DNA of 57,005 nt from Macrostomum lignano. Taxonomy: Eukaryota. The stretch is taken from positions 1 to 57,005 of the forward strand of contig NIVC01004169.1 in NCBI GenBank assembly GCA_002269645.1, written 5' to 3'. Position 1 is the first letter of the stretch. The number at the start of each line of letters is the position of its first letter. The notes under the pieces were generated by a model, which was not told where the DNA came from, did no database searches, and saw nothing but the letters and a program-made list of their open reading frames with translations. The position numbers were made by a program, and so were the translations under genes. Below are positions 27,606 through 38,604 of this stretch, piece after piece.

Positions 27606-28005
27606 AATTTAAGAGCAAGCTATAGATAGGGATGGCCTCAACTGCGATTTTAAATCATTTCCTGACTTTATGGTTGCTTTGACCATAGACAAAACTGAAG
27701 AGCTCACTTTGTATCACATTAGTCTATGATCGATAAAATAACTTTTCATTCAGTTTCGAACTACAGTGCACTTATATAAGTTTTACCAATGCTACACACT
27801 TTGGTCAGAAGCCGAAAGCTAAAAAAATCGAACAAGTTCGATCACTTGTCATGATGTGACATGAAGACATCAGCTAAATTTGTTTATGGGCCAAGCTTAA
27901 CTTTCTCAGCAGCTAACAGACACTAAGGAGACCATGCTTAACAGCAGGTTATAAGCTATTTAATAAATCAGTGGAGAAAAATCGACTTGTCTAAACTAAA
28001 GAAGA

Positions 28006-30197
28006 ATGTCTACGTCGACCGTGATCTTTTTCATTATCTCTGTTGGCACCTTCGCCATCCTGCTGATGCTGGCTGTGGCTCTGTTTCTAAAGAACAGATC
28101 TCAGGCCGCCGGATTCGGTGGGATTCAGAGCGACATCACCGCCTCCGCCAGGGCATCCTACAGCTGTGACGTGGAGCTCGTGGTTCTGGACGATACGATC
28201 CAGATTACTAACCTGGAGGACAAGCCAATGCGCCTGGAGGCCACTAGCACCGACAAGGGCTTCCAGCTCGTCTCCAGCGACCAGTGGCAGCAGAAGTTTG
28301 TCCAGGGCACTAATACCTACCGGATTTTCGCATCGTCTGTCAACGCTCATTTTGAGCAGGTGTCCGTCGAGTTGAAGGTGATGCCGACTGAAGTGTCCAT
28401 CCGGCCTGTGATGAGGAACGACAGCGCTCAAGTGATGATTTGGAAGATAAAACCCGTGCTGTACACCGGAAGCCGCCACCTGATGGAACGGCAGGTATTT
28501 TCGGGTCGGCATCAGAAGACGGTAAATTTTGACCGAGCCCCGGGAAAATACTTCAGGTAAGAAGATACGATTATTCCTGCCTTGATTCCTAAGCAAAACC
28601 AGTTCGATTTTAGGCTGAAGTTCCATTCGAATTTATACTCGTGTTAATTAAGCTCGTGCACAGCTTGAATGAAGCAAAGAGAGCCTCAGAGAGGAGTCCA
28701 GCTACATTACTACAGTATCAGCGTGCGAAAAAATTGTATAAGTACCTTTACACTATCTAGTTTTGAAAGATTTCCAGCATGACCAATGAGAGGTCTATTA
28801 GAGCCGCGGTAGTATTGCTGAGGGTTGGGATTTCTCTGGATTGGCGCCAAGAGTTCGGGAATGCCAGATGCGCTATTGCGAATTGGAGTCTCATATGTAC
28901 ATGTATCCGCATCAAAAGCGCATGTACATGCGACTAAGCAGTCGAAACCAGCCTGTAAGTACGTGTGTCTAATCAAGGACTTGATTATCTCTGTTATATT
29001 TCTCAGAGATTTCTCACAAAGAATTGTTGCGGTGAGTTGAGTAGCTATGGCCTCAGATAACAAAGAGCTTCTGGTAGATTACTCTGTTGACTACCAATGC
29101 ATTTTGACGGATCGCTCATGCATGTACATGTGTCGCCAATGCCTCATTAGTTTATTGCAAAAATTTTTGCTTCATAATTTTTGTGTTGGTCGATCGAGCA
29201 GAAGATAGGCTAAACTTTGTCTATTTTCAATTTTGTGAGCTGCCTTGGATCTCGGAGTTTCAAAATCGCCCCCACAGAATTCGGGTGGCCACAGGCAACA
29301 GCAGGAACTCGAAACTGGGCATTGATAACCGCAGCAACATCGCTGTGGACGGCTTTCAGCTGCTGAGCCTGCGCATCGAAGCCGAGCGCGTTCTCGCCAG
29401 CAACCTGTCCGGCCGCTCCATGGAAGCCGCCATCGTCCAGGATGATTTTTAGACCACGCTGCGTCGTCGGCTCACCGAAGATGTCCAAGCCCTGCCGCTG
29501 AATGGTGAGAGTGCATTCAGGGGAGCCTGGAGCGCGTAATATGAAGTTCAATAAGCAAGGCTAATTAGATTAATTGAGCTTAGTAGCGATGCTGGTGGGA
29601 AACCAGAAGAAGAAAGTTCGGAAGGTGTGCCAGGATCGTAGCGGGCGTTCCAATTGTTCAAATTGAATATTGGACAATTATTTAATAAATACGGACTTCT
29701 TGAGCAAGGGAAAAGCGAGGCTGATCATTACAAAGAGTGTACAGGACCAGCTGCTCAAAAACTAGCACTGGCACTGCGAATTGTCATGTATGCGCCAGTG
29801 AGAGGGCGGAGACAGATGGTGCTAAGCGACCTATTGACAGAGCAAATTTCGCTCCCAAATCAGCTTGAAATCCCGATCTGATAACACAAAATCCGCAGGC
29901 GTTTACTGCTTCTCTATCCTGCCCGACAAGTCGACTGAGTCCAAGAACCTGTTGTGCATCCGCATCACCGAGCAGAGCGTCCAGATCGAGCCGTACAGCA
30001 AGTTCGGCACCGTGCCGCTCATCTGCGACGTCAGCTGCCCCGGCCGCTCAGCCGATGAGCCCCTGGCTCAGATCCTCTCCGGGGAGGTCCGGTCCGAGCT
30101 GCAGCTGCCGCGCCGCTCCTATCGCTACATCCTGGCCTTCTACATGCGATCGGCTTCGAGGTGCACGGAGGCAGAGACCTCCTACACCCTGCAGTGA
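28006..30197 (+). CDS. Uncharacterised protein with an N-terminal signal anchor. Exons 28006-28556, 29278-29504, 29899-30197; 359 codons with an internal TAG at 29450-29452.
   Basis: GC3-rich codon usage in all three exons. Splice sites TTCAG|GTAAG...CCACAG|A (phase 2) and AATG|GTGAG...CCGCAG|GC (phase 1). Hydrophobic stretch at aa 6-27. Confidence 0.72.
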
Positions 30198-32509
30198 CGC
30201 CCGAGCGCGACTACCCTGCATGCCCTCGTATTGCCATTGTTGCGCACGCCATTTCCTTTTGTCCATGCGTATCGAATTGGGAGCGACAACCCATCGCTCT
30301 GCATTGACCTGTTCACTCATTGCTTCCCGTCCCTTCCCTTGGCCTGCGCCAGTCCTGAACTCCCAGCTGTCTGATGCCAACGTGAGCTGTTTTTCCATGT
30401 CGTGAGATCTGCGCCAGAAAATATTGAATAATTATAAACATGCGAAATTAGACTGGAAATTTTTCTGATTACCTTCGCCCTGCTTCTACAAACCTTGTAC
30501 AAGATTCCTCCTTTGCGCACAATGATTCCTGTCCATATTGCTAAATTGGCTTTTAAATGATGATCATTCAGTGAGAGCAACCATCAGCAAAAAGTAAAAA
30601 TAATGTCACTGACATGGAGCAGCATCTCATCAGTTCATTGCCCTCAGCTATTTTGTCCTCTCGGAATTGTAATGTAATTTTGCCGTCATCCCAGCTAAGA
30701 TCCCGATGCCACGACTGCTATTTATATATGGGCTGTAGACTTTTCGTGTAACAATGGATGTACTTTACTGTACCTACTGTTACTCAGATATGCTTACGCA
30801 ATTCTAGCGTGGATCCCACCGTAGCCGGCTGGCTGTGGTCCTCATACCTTGCGCTACTTGAACTACTGGAGCTGTAATACAACTTGGCTCTGGCCCTCTA
30901 CCGTATCCTGCACGTCTCTCTCTCTCTCTCTCTCTTATCTGGCTTTATTTACTCAGATAATATATTATATGTTACCTGGGCCCGTTTCAATTTGTTCCCT
31001 GCGCGCATTAATTAATAGCTTGTACGCTTATTTCACTCTGAATGCACCTGTGTTCGAGCCTTTGTTCCTGACGGGCCGGTCTTGTTGAAATGCAGCCCGA
31101 TTTAAAATACATTTATTATTGTGAATTGTTGACTTCTTGACGCTCTGGACTTCTACTACTGGAGTATCGTATCATTTTGACTACTTGTAGTAGTGCAGCG
31201 CGGTTCCATACCGAAAAACGCAAAAAGTCAGCATAGATGCAGGTTAGGCCCCTGGCTTGAGCAAAAATTCATACGAGTTTTATTGCTCAAGTCCCACAGG
31301 ACTGACTGGCCAGATTTTCTAGGTCCACTCCAGCTAACCTGATTGATAATTAATGAAGACCCCGCCCACACAGCGGACATCAAATCGGACCGCAGGGCTA
31401 AGCCGGGCTAAGCCGATTTATGCCGATGGGGCGGTAGGGAGTCTGGATTAAATTTCCCCCCCTCGGCAGCTCAAAATCTCAGAGGGCAGACCGGCGGGAT
31501 CAGCTCTACCCTTTGAGCTGTGAGCAATTCAGCTCTGAATATCCTTGCGTTTCTGTGATCTCCGGTTTCATTCCCCCCGTGCTGCCCCGGTGCAGTAGAA
31601 AGTCCCCCCGCCTTTTCCGAATTTCCAGCTGCAGCAGAAACGCAGGGTGGATCTGCAGGCACCGCGGGAGCTGGACGGGGATCGCGAGGCATAAAGGGAC
31701 AAGCAGGGGGGGGGGACACAGAGCTGCCTCGATTTACAAAGGCGCTCCTCTCGATCTCGCCTCCTCGGTTCGAGCAGCTTTTGCTCCCTCAAAAGACCAG
31801 AGAGTATTAGTCCGCTGCATCTCCGGCCCATCTCGCCCGGCCTCAATTTAGCTGAGGACAAGCAGGCAGGCGAAAGAAGCTTCCTGTTTCCTGAGGCCCT
31901 CAGCGCGCATCCCCCTGCCCCCCCCCTTTTATCTCTTTGCCTTGACTCCTTCGATTCCCTCCTCGCCAATCTTTAGCGCAGCCGGGCACATCTAGCGGGC
32001 AGCAGCAGCCGCTCCAGCTCTCTGTTCCCGCACTGTCCTGAGAGCCACCCTCTCTGCAGTAGTTCTTCCTTCTTCGAGCCCCTTTTACCTCATCCTCACC
32101 CTTACTCAAATTATTGGCGAGGCTATCGAGCTTTTGAATCAATCTAGATTCAGACTCTGTGTCTTCTGGCCTCCTGCCGAAAACGCCTCAGCCTCAGCAG
32201 AGCGTGGCGAAGGGAAGGCGGGTGTGGATCGGGAGAGAGCTGCTGCTGTCCCCCCAGCCTCTCCGCCGCCCCTCTCTCCGGGTCATTAAATTTGCATTTA
32301 TACCCGCCACTCACTGCGAAGCTCAGACACAGGCGAGAGAGAAAGGGCGTGGAGAGGCGAATCGGGACTCTGCGGCAGCAAGAAGGGAGGCAGCGATCGC
32401 GAAGAAGCTGAGCCAGCAATTAAAGGCAGCGAGCCACCGCCTGATTAGCATCGCAGAAGGAGGGGCGCTCTACCGCTAGAATCCCAGCGAGTGACTGCCT
32501 CATCAGCCG

Positions 32510-32962
32510 ATGCAGTCGACGGCCGGCCCTGCGGGCATCCGCATCGAGGTAGAGGCCGCCGGGCCACCAGACGAGGAGGAGACCGAAGTGGCGGTGGCGC
32601 ATCGCAGCAGACAGCAGCAGCAGGAGGCGCCACACTCCCAGCACCAGCTGCAACTGTCTCCACCGACTGCTAGGTCCCGGCGCTCGCGCTCGCTGCCCTC
32701 GGTGCACGAGGACCTTCTGGGCGAGGGCGACCTACAGCAGCAGCAGCAGCAGCAGCAGATTCAGAACCGGCTGCGGGACCTCAGTCTCCGACATCAGCAG
32801 GAGGCAGCGGGCGCTGGCAGCCTTCTAGAGTGCCTGCCGGAGCCGGCGCAGAAGGTGGCCATCGACACGATGCCGCTGCCCGTGGACAGCAGCCGGCAGC
32901 GCAGGCGCTCCTTCGATTTCAGCGTCCTGCAGAACTTGGGCGCCATTCAGGAGCAGGAATGA
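32510..32962 (+). CDS. 150-aa single-exon, Q-rich, probably disordered protein
   Basis: GC3-rich codons like the confirmed genes, polyQ, no recognisable domain. Confidence 0.6.
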   Translation: MQSTAGPAGIRIEVEAAGPPDEEETEVAVAHRSRQQQQEAPHSQHQLQLSPPTARSRRSRSLPSVHEDLLGEGDLQQQQQQQQIQNRLRDLSLRHQQEAAGAGSLLECLPEPAQKVAIDTMPLPVDSSRQRRRSFDFSVLQNLGAIQEQE

Positions 32963-33052
32963 ATCATTTCAGCGTCTGGCAGTCCCTGATTTGGGACTGG
33001 ACCTTTGACGTTTAACCTTGATGTCAGATGTACAATTTTAGGCAAATGTCAG

Positions 33053-34075
33053 CGACTTAGGCGGATAGGAGGGAGCTGCAACCGACTTAGGCGGATGGGA
33101 GGGAGCTGCAACCGACTCAGGCGGATAGGAGGGAGCTACAACCGACTTAGGCGGATGGGAGGGAGCTACAACCGACTTAGGCGGATAGGAGGGAGCTACA
33201 ACCGACTTAGGCGGATGATGGGGAGCTGCAACCGACTTAGGCGGATAGGAGGGAGCTACAACCGACTTAGGCGGATGATGGGGAGCTGCAACCGACTTAG
33301 GCGGATGATGGGGAGCTACAACCGACTTAGGCGGATAGGAGGGAGCTGCAACCGACTCAGGCGGATAGGAGGGAGCTACAACCGACTCAGGCGGATAGGA
33401 GGGAGCTACAACCGACTCAGGCGGATAGGAGGGAGCTGAGACTGACTTAGGCGGATAGGAGGGAGCTGCAACCGACTCAGGCGGATGATGGGGAGCTACG
33501 AGTACAACCGACTTAGGCGGATAGGAGGGAGCTGCAACCGACTCAGGCGGATAGGAGGGAGCTGCAACCGACTCAGGCGGATAGGAGGGAGCTGAGACTG
33601 ACTTAGGCGGATAGGAGGGAGCTGCAACCGACTCAGGCGGATGATGGGGAGCTACGAGTACAACCGACTTAGGCGGATAGGAGGGAGCTGCAACCGACTC
33701 AGGCGGATAGGAGGGAGCTACAACCGACTCAGGCGGATAGGAGGGAGCTACAACCGACTCAGGCGGATAGGAGGGAGCTGAGACTGACTTAGGCGGATAG
33801 GAGGGAGCTGCAACCGACTCAGGCGGATGATGGGGAGCTACGAGTACAACCGACTTAGGCGGATAGGAGGGAGCTGCAACCGACTCAGGCGGATAGGAGG
33901 GAGCTGCAACCGACTCAGGCGGATAGGAGGGAGCTACAACCGACTCAGGCGGATAGGAGGGAGCTGAGACTGACTCAGGCGGATAGGAGGGAGCTGCAAC
34001 CGACTTAGGCGGATGATGGGGAGCTGCAACCGACTTAGGCGGATGATGGGGAGCTGCAACCGACTTAGGTGGATG
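33053..34075. repeat. 30-bp minisatellite ACCGACTTAGGCGGATAGGAGGGAGCTGCA, ~33 units with higher-order variant blocks
   Basis: Direct inspection. It explains ORF 33005-33439 (RLRRIGGSYN repeats). Confidence 0.96.
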
Positions 34076-35619
34076 GGAGGAAACTGAAGCAGTTTGGCTG
34101 CATACGTGAGAGTTTACCAGAGAAATCAGACACGAAAAGATAGAATTGATTTTTCGTTACATTTTGCACAACTCTAAATCTGAACATTATTTAGTGTATT
34201 GGATAAGTAAAGTACATTTCATCATGCTTAGCTTAGACACGCAAAATACAGATTAAAACTCACTTGAACAGGTGAGTGAATATGGAAACATGCACTCAGA
34301 GCTGCAGTAGACATTCGCTCTGTACCCCCACCATGCAAACCCATTGTGTTTTATTTATTTCAAACAAAAAGTCACATCACTCAGATCTGATATAGAGATG
34401 TACTTTGATATCAGTCCATGCAAGGTTGCCGACAGCATGCGGCCAGCAGTGATGAGGCTGATTTATTCACTTAGAGCACCGCGGCTGCATCAATCACGCT
34501 CAGCCCGCGTGAGTCCCCGCCGAAGTCACCGGGTGAGCGGCAGTTTGTGAGCTCGAAGAGTTCATCACAGAACTCGGGAGAGCTTCATCATTCAAAGTGT
34601 GCAGCATTCTGAGATGAAGTAGGGTAGAGAGGGATACGGGAAGCTGGGAAGCGGAGCAAAGGACTCGCTGCCTCTCTTCTCGAGTTTATTAATTACAGGC
34701 CTGCGAGTGGGGAGCTGGGGACGCCCCGGGGATTCGGGGCAGCTTTGCGGGATTCTTCTCCCCTAACGGAGACTGCAGCGGGAAAATGATGCAGCAGAGG
34801 GGCAGCTGGCTGCCTGTTGAGTAGCTGAGGGGCACTGAAGCCCGTGCAGCGCTGCTGGAAAGCTGGACAAAAAAGATGAAGAACTGACAGACTGAGGGAA
34901 GGCTTTTCATTGAGGAGTAATAATAGGGTCTGGAGGTTAATTCAATGGCAGGCAAGACTCGAATATATTTAAAAAACCTTCAGTTGGTTAGGAAGGAAAA
35001 TGGGCCAGACTTTCTCAAAATATTTTCGCTAACGTCTGCAATCGGCCTTCAAGAGCGCCGGCTCCCTCGGGTGTTGGTGGCGAAAATTGTTCATCAGGAC
35101 TTCATTAACCCCCGCCTCGGTCTGGGGAACCTCGGCCTAAAGACCGTCAAGCGTTTCCCGAACTCGAGAAAACTTCATTTCCTAAGAAGCACCTGGGCGC
35201 CCCCGCGGGTCCGTCCAACTTGCTCGGGTTCTCATTCCCGCCTTGGCACTGTGAGTGAGGCGGCGGTCTGAGCAGGCAGGGTCAACTCGCTCTCTGCGCC
35301 AGCGAATTTCCTCGCGGTAGCAGAGTCGATGCAATTCTTGACAAAACACGAGACCGCAGAGTTGGGGACGAGAAGCTGGGCCGGAGCTGCTTCATCGACG
35401 GCAGCTCTCCTTCCGCCTCGTCGCCTCGTGCACTTTTCCAGTGTGAGACATTACGAGATAGCGGCCCTCGCCTTCTACTGACAGTAGCTGCGCAAACATA
35501 TTAGCGAAACTTGGTGTAGCGCAATCAGAAAGCCAACACCGACAGGCCGGACCCTCAGGACCTGCAACACGCTGAAGAAAGTTTTTGAGATTTTTTATTC
35601 TTACAAAAAATGAAAGGCT

Positions 35620-35910
35620 GATCTCTGAGCTGGGGCAGAGTACTGAGCTAGCTAACAGCTGGTCTCTGAGCTGGGGCAGAGTACTGAGCTAGCTAACAGC
35701 TGGTCTCTGAGCTGGGGCAGAGTACTGAGCTAGCTAACAGCTGGTCTCTGAGCTGGGGCAGAGTACTGAGCTAGCTAACAGCTGATCGCCAGAGTACTGA
35801 GCTAGCTAACAGCTGGTCTCTGAGCTGGGGCAGAGGACTGAGCTAGCTAACAGCTGATCGCCAGAGGACTGAGCTAGCTAACAGCTGATATCTGAGCTGG
35901 GGCAGAGGAC
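35620..35910. repeat. 41-bp minisatellite CTCTGAGCTGGGGCAGAGTACTGAGCTAGCTAACAGCTGGT, ~7 units, some truncated
   Basis: Direct inspection. Confidence 0.93.
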
Positions 35911-36659
35911 GAGCAAAGGAACAAAATCATGAAACAATTAAGCGAAGCAGGAACTAAAAAACAAAAGGTAAAGTCAAAAGACTGAAGAAACGGCAAAAAG
36001 AAAGTGGTGAGCAAATTAGGCTTAAAGATAGCAGAATTGGCTTAGAAGCAACAGCTAGGGAGATGATAGATGGCCCCAATCAGTCGCCAAGGCGGGTGGA
36101 CGGTCTCCTGGCATTCCTCTCGGCAGCAACACTCGCGCGTGCTGAATGCGCCGCCACTGGCACCGCGATAGGCATCGCGATGAGGCCGGGGCGGCCGCCA
36201 TGACGAATCGCCTGTTGTCGCGCCAATCGGCCACAGAGGCCGCGGGCGCGGGATGTTTTCATTGCGGGGCGGCCGGTAGCCGTCAAGGCCGGTTGGCCGG
36301 CTCATCCATCAGCGGCTTGGCTGCAGTGCCGGCCTCCAACCTTTTTATACACATTAAATGGCGCTGAACCGGGCAAGAAGGATGGCGGGGGGGGGGGGGG
36401 TAGACAGCTGGGCCCGCCGTCTGATCCGGCTTTGCTGGGCGTTGAAAATGCCGACCTGTCAGCGGGAGCAAAGTGCCGAGATTCAGCTACTAACAGAATC
36501 TCTTGCAGAGTCAACGAGCCTTCGAAAACTCTTCATCCACTTTGTTTAGCAGCTGCAAGCTTAATAAAATAAATGCATCTTTAAGGAGCAAGAGAGGCGG
36601 CAAACTAAAAGGCGAAAGTGGCAAACTGAAAGACAGGGAAGAGGGAAACTGGTGGAACC

Positions 36660-36994
36660 GCTGAGATGTCAAGGCTTGGGGGAATTGCTGAGATGTCAAG
36701 GCTTACTGGGGGAATCGCTGAGATGTCAAGGCTATGGGGGGAATCGCTGAGATGTCAAGGCTTACTGGGGAATCGCTGAGATGTCAAGGCCATGGGGGGA
36801 ATCGCTGAGATGTCAAGGCTTGGGGGAATTGCTGAGATGTCAAGGCTTACTGGGGGAATCGCTGAGATGTCAAGGCTATGGGGGGAATCGCTGAGATGTC
36901 AAGGCTTACTGGGGGAATCGCTGAGATGTCAAGGCTATGGGGGGAATCGCTGAGATGTCAAGGCTTACTGGGGGAATCGCTGAGATGTCAAGGC
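36660..36994. repeat. 27-30-bp minisatellite GCTGAGATGTCAAGGCTTACTGGGGGAATC, ~12 units
   Basis: Direct inspection. Same family as 4415-4473. Confidence 0.95.
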
Positions 36995-37064
36995 AACGAA
37001 ATAGGATTCACATCTAAAGGGGGGCACTACGAGCGTAGATTACTAGTATAAATTAAAACGCTGG

Positions 37065-38358
37065 GGAACAGGGAAACTAAAAGACAGGGGAAGAGGGAAA
37101 CTAAAAGACAGGGGAAGAGGGAAACGATAAGACAGGGGAAGAGGGAAACTAAAAGACAGGGGAAGAGGGAAACTAAAAGGCAGGGGAAGAGGGAAACTAA
37201 AAGACAGGGGAAGAGGGAAACTAAAAGACAGGGGAAGAGGGAAACTAAAAGACAGGGGAAGAGGGAAACTAAAAGGCAGGGGAAGAGGGAAACTAAAAGA
37301 CAGGGGAAGAGGGAAACTAAAAGACAGGGGAAGAGGGAAACTAAAAGACAGGGGAAGAGGGAAACTAAAAGGCAGGGAAAAAGGGAAACTAAAAGGCAGG
37401 GGAAGAGGGAAACTAAAAGACAGGGGAAGAGGGAAACTAAAAGACAGGGGAAGAGGGAAACTAAAAGACAGGGGAAGAGGGAAACTAAAAGGCAGGGGAA
37501 GAGGGAAACTAAAAGACAGGGGAAGAGGGAAACTAAAAGACAGGGGAAGAGGGAAACTAAAAGACAGGGGAAGAGGGAAACTAAAAGGCAGGGAAAAAGG
37601 GAAACTAAAAGGCAAGGGAACAGGGAAACAAAAACGCTGGGGAAGAGGGAAACTAAAAGACAGGGGAAGAGGGAAACTAAAAGACAGGGGAAGAGGGAAA
37701 CGATAAGACAGGGGAAGAGGGAAACTAAAAGGCAGGGGAAGAGGGAAACTAAAAGGCAGGGGAAGAGGGAAACTAAGGCAAACTAAAAGGCAGGGGAAGA
37801 GGGAAACTAAGGCAAACTAAAAGGCAGGGGAAGAGGGAAACTAAAAGGCAGGGGAAGAGGGAAACTAAAAGGCAGGGGAAGAGGGAAACTAAGGCAAACT
37901 AAAAGGCAGGGGAAGAGGGAAACTAAGGCAAACTAAAAGGCAGGGAAAGAGGGAAACTAAATGGCAGGGGAAGAGGGAAACTAAGGCAAACTAAAAGGCA
38001 GGGAAAGAGGGAAACTAAATGGCAGGGGAAGAGGGAAACAAAAACGCTGGGGAAGAGGAAAACTGAAAGACAGGGAAAGAGGGAAACTAAGGCAAACTAA
38101 AAGGCAGGGGAAGAGGGAAACTAAAAGGCAGGGGAAGAGGGAAACTAAGGCAAACTAAAAGGCAGGGGAAGAGGGAAACTAAGGCAAACTAAAAGGCAGG
38201 GGAAGAGGGAAACTAAGGCAAACTAAAAGGCAGGGAAAGAGGGAAACTAAATGGCAGGGGAAGAGGGAAACAAAAACGCTGGGGAAGAGGAAAACTGAAA
38301 GACAGGGAAAGAGGGAAACTAAGGCAAACTAAAAGGCAGGGGAAGAGGGAAACTAAAA
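37065..38358. repeat. 24-bp polypurine minisatellite GGGAAACTAAAAGACAGGGGAAGA, ~50 units
   Basis: Direct inspection. It explains ORF 37043-37615. Degenerate units also occur at 36595-36650. Confidence 0.96.
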
Positions 38359-38604
38359 GAGGGTACCCATGTACTCAGACGCCTGTGTGGGTACAACGTC
38401 AGCAACAAGAAGACGGCTAGCACTGCATTGGTTATCTGGGCGAATGAAGCTGAAAAACAATGCTTTAGTATATTTTTGTCGTCACAATTGAAAGAATTTA
38501 TATTAAAAGAAGAGTGCCGATCAGAGTGCAGGAAACAGAAAAAGGGTTGCAAGTTAAGGGCGCCTGGCTTTAGCGGGGTGTCAAGCGGGGTGTTAAACGA
38601 GGCG

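Noticed and set aside
28710-29881. ORFs 28710-29063 (-) and 29654-29881 (+) within introns of the orphan gene
   Set aside because: TTG starts, no coding-type codon bias, and not needed for the phase-consistent gene model.
33005-33439. RLRRIGGSYN-repeat ORF as a real protein
   Set aside because: 30-bp unit open by chance; TTG start and the frame closes at the first variant unit.
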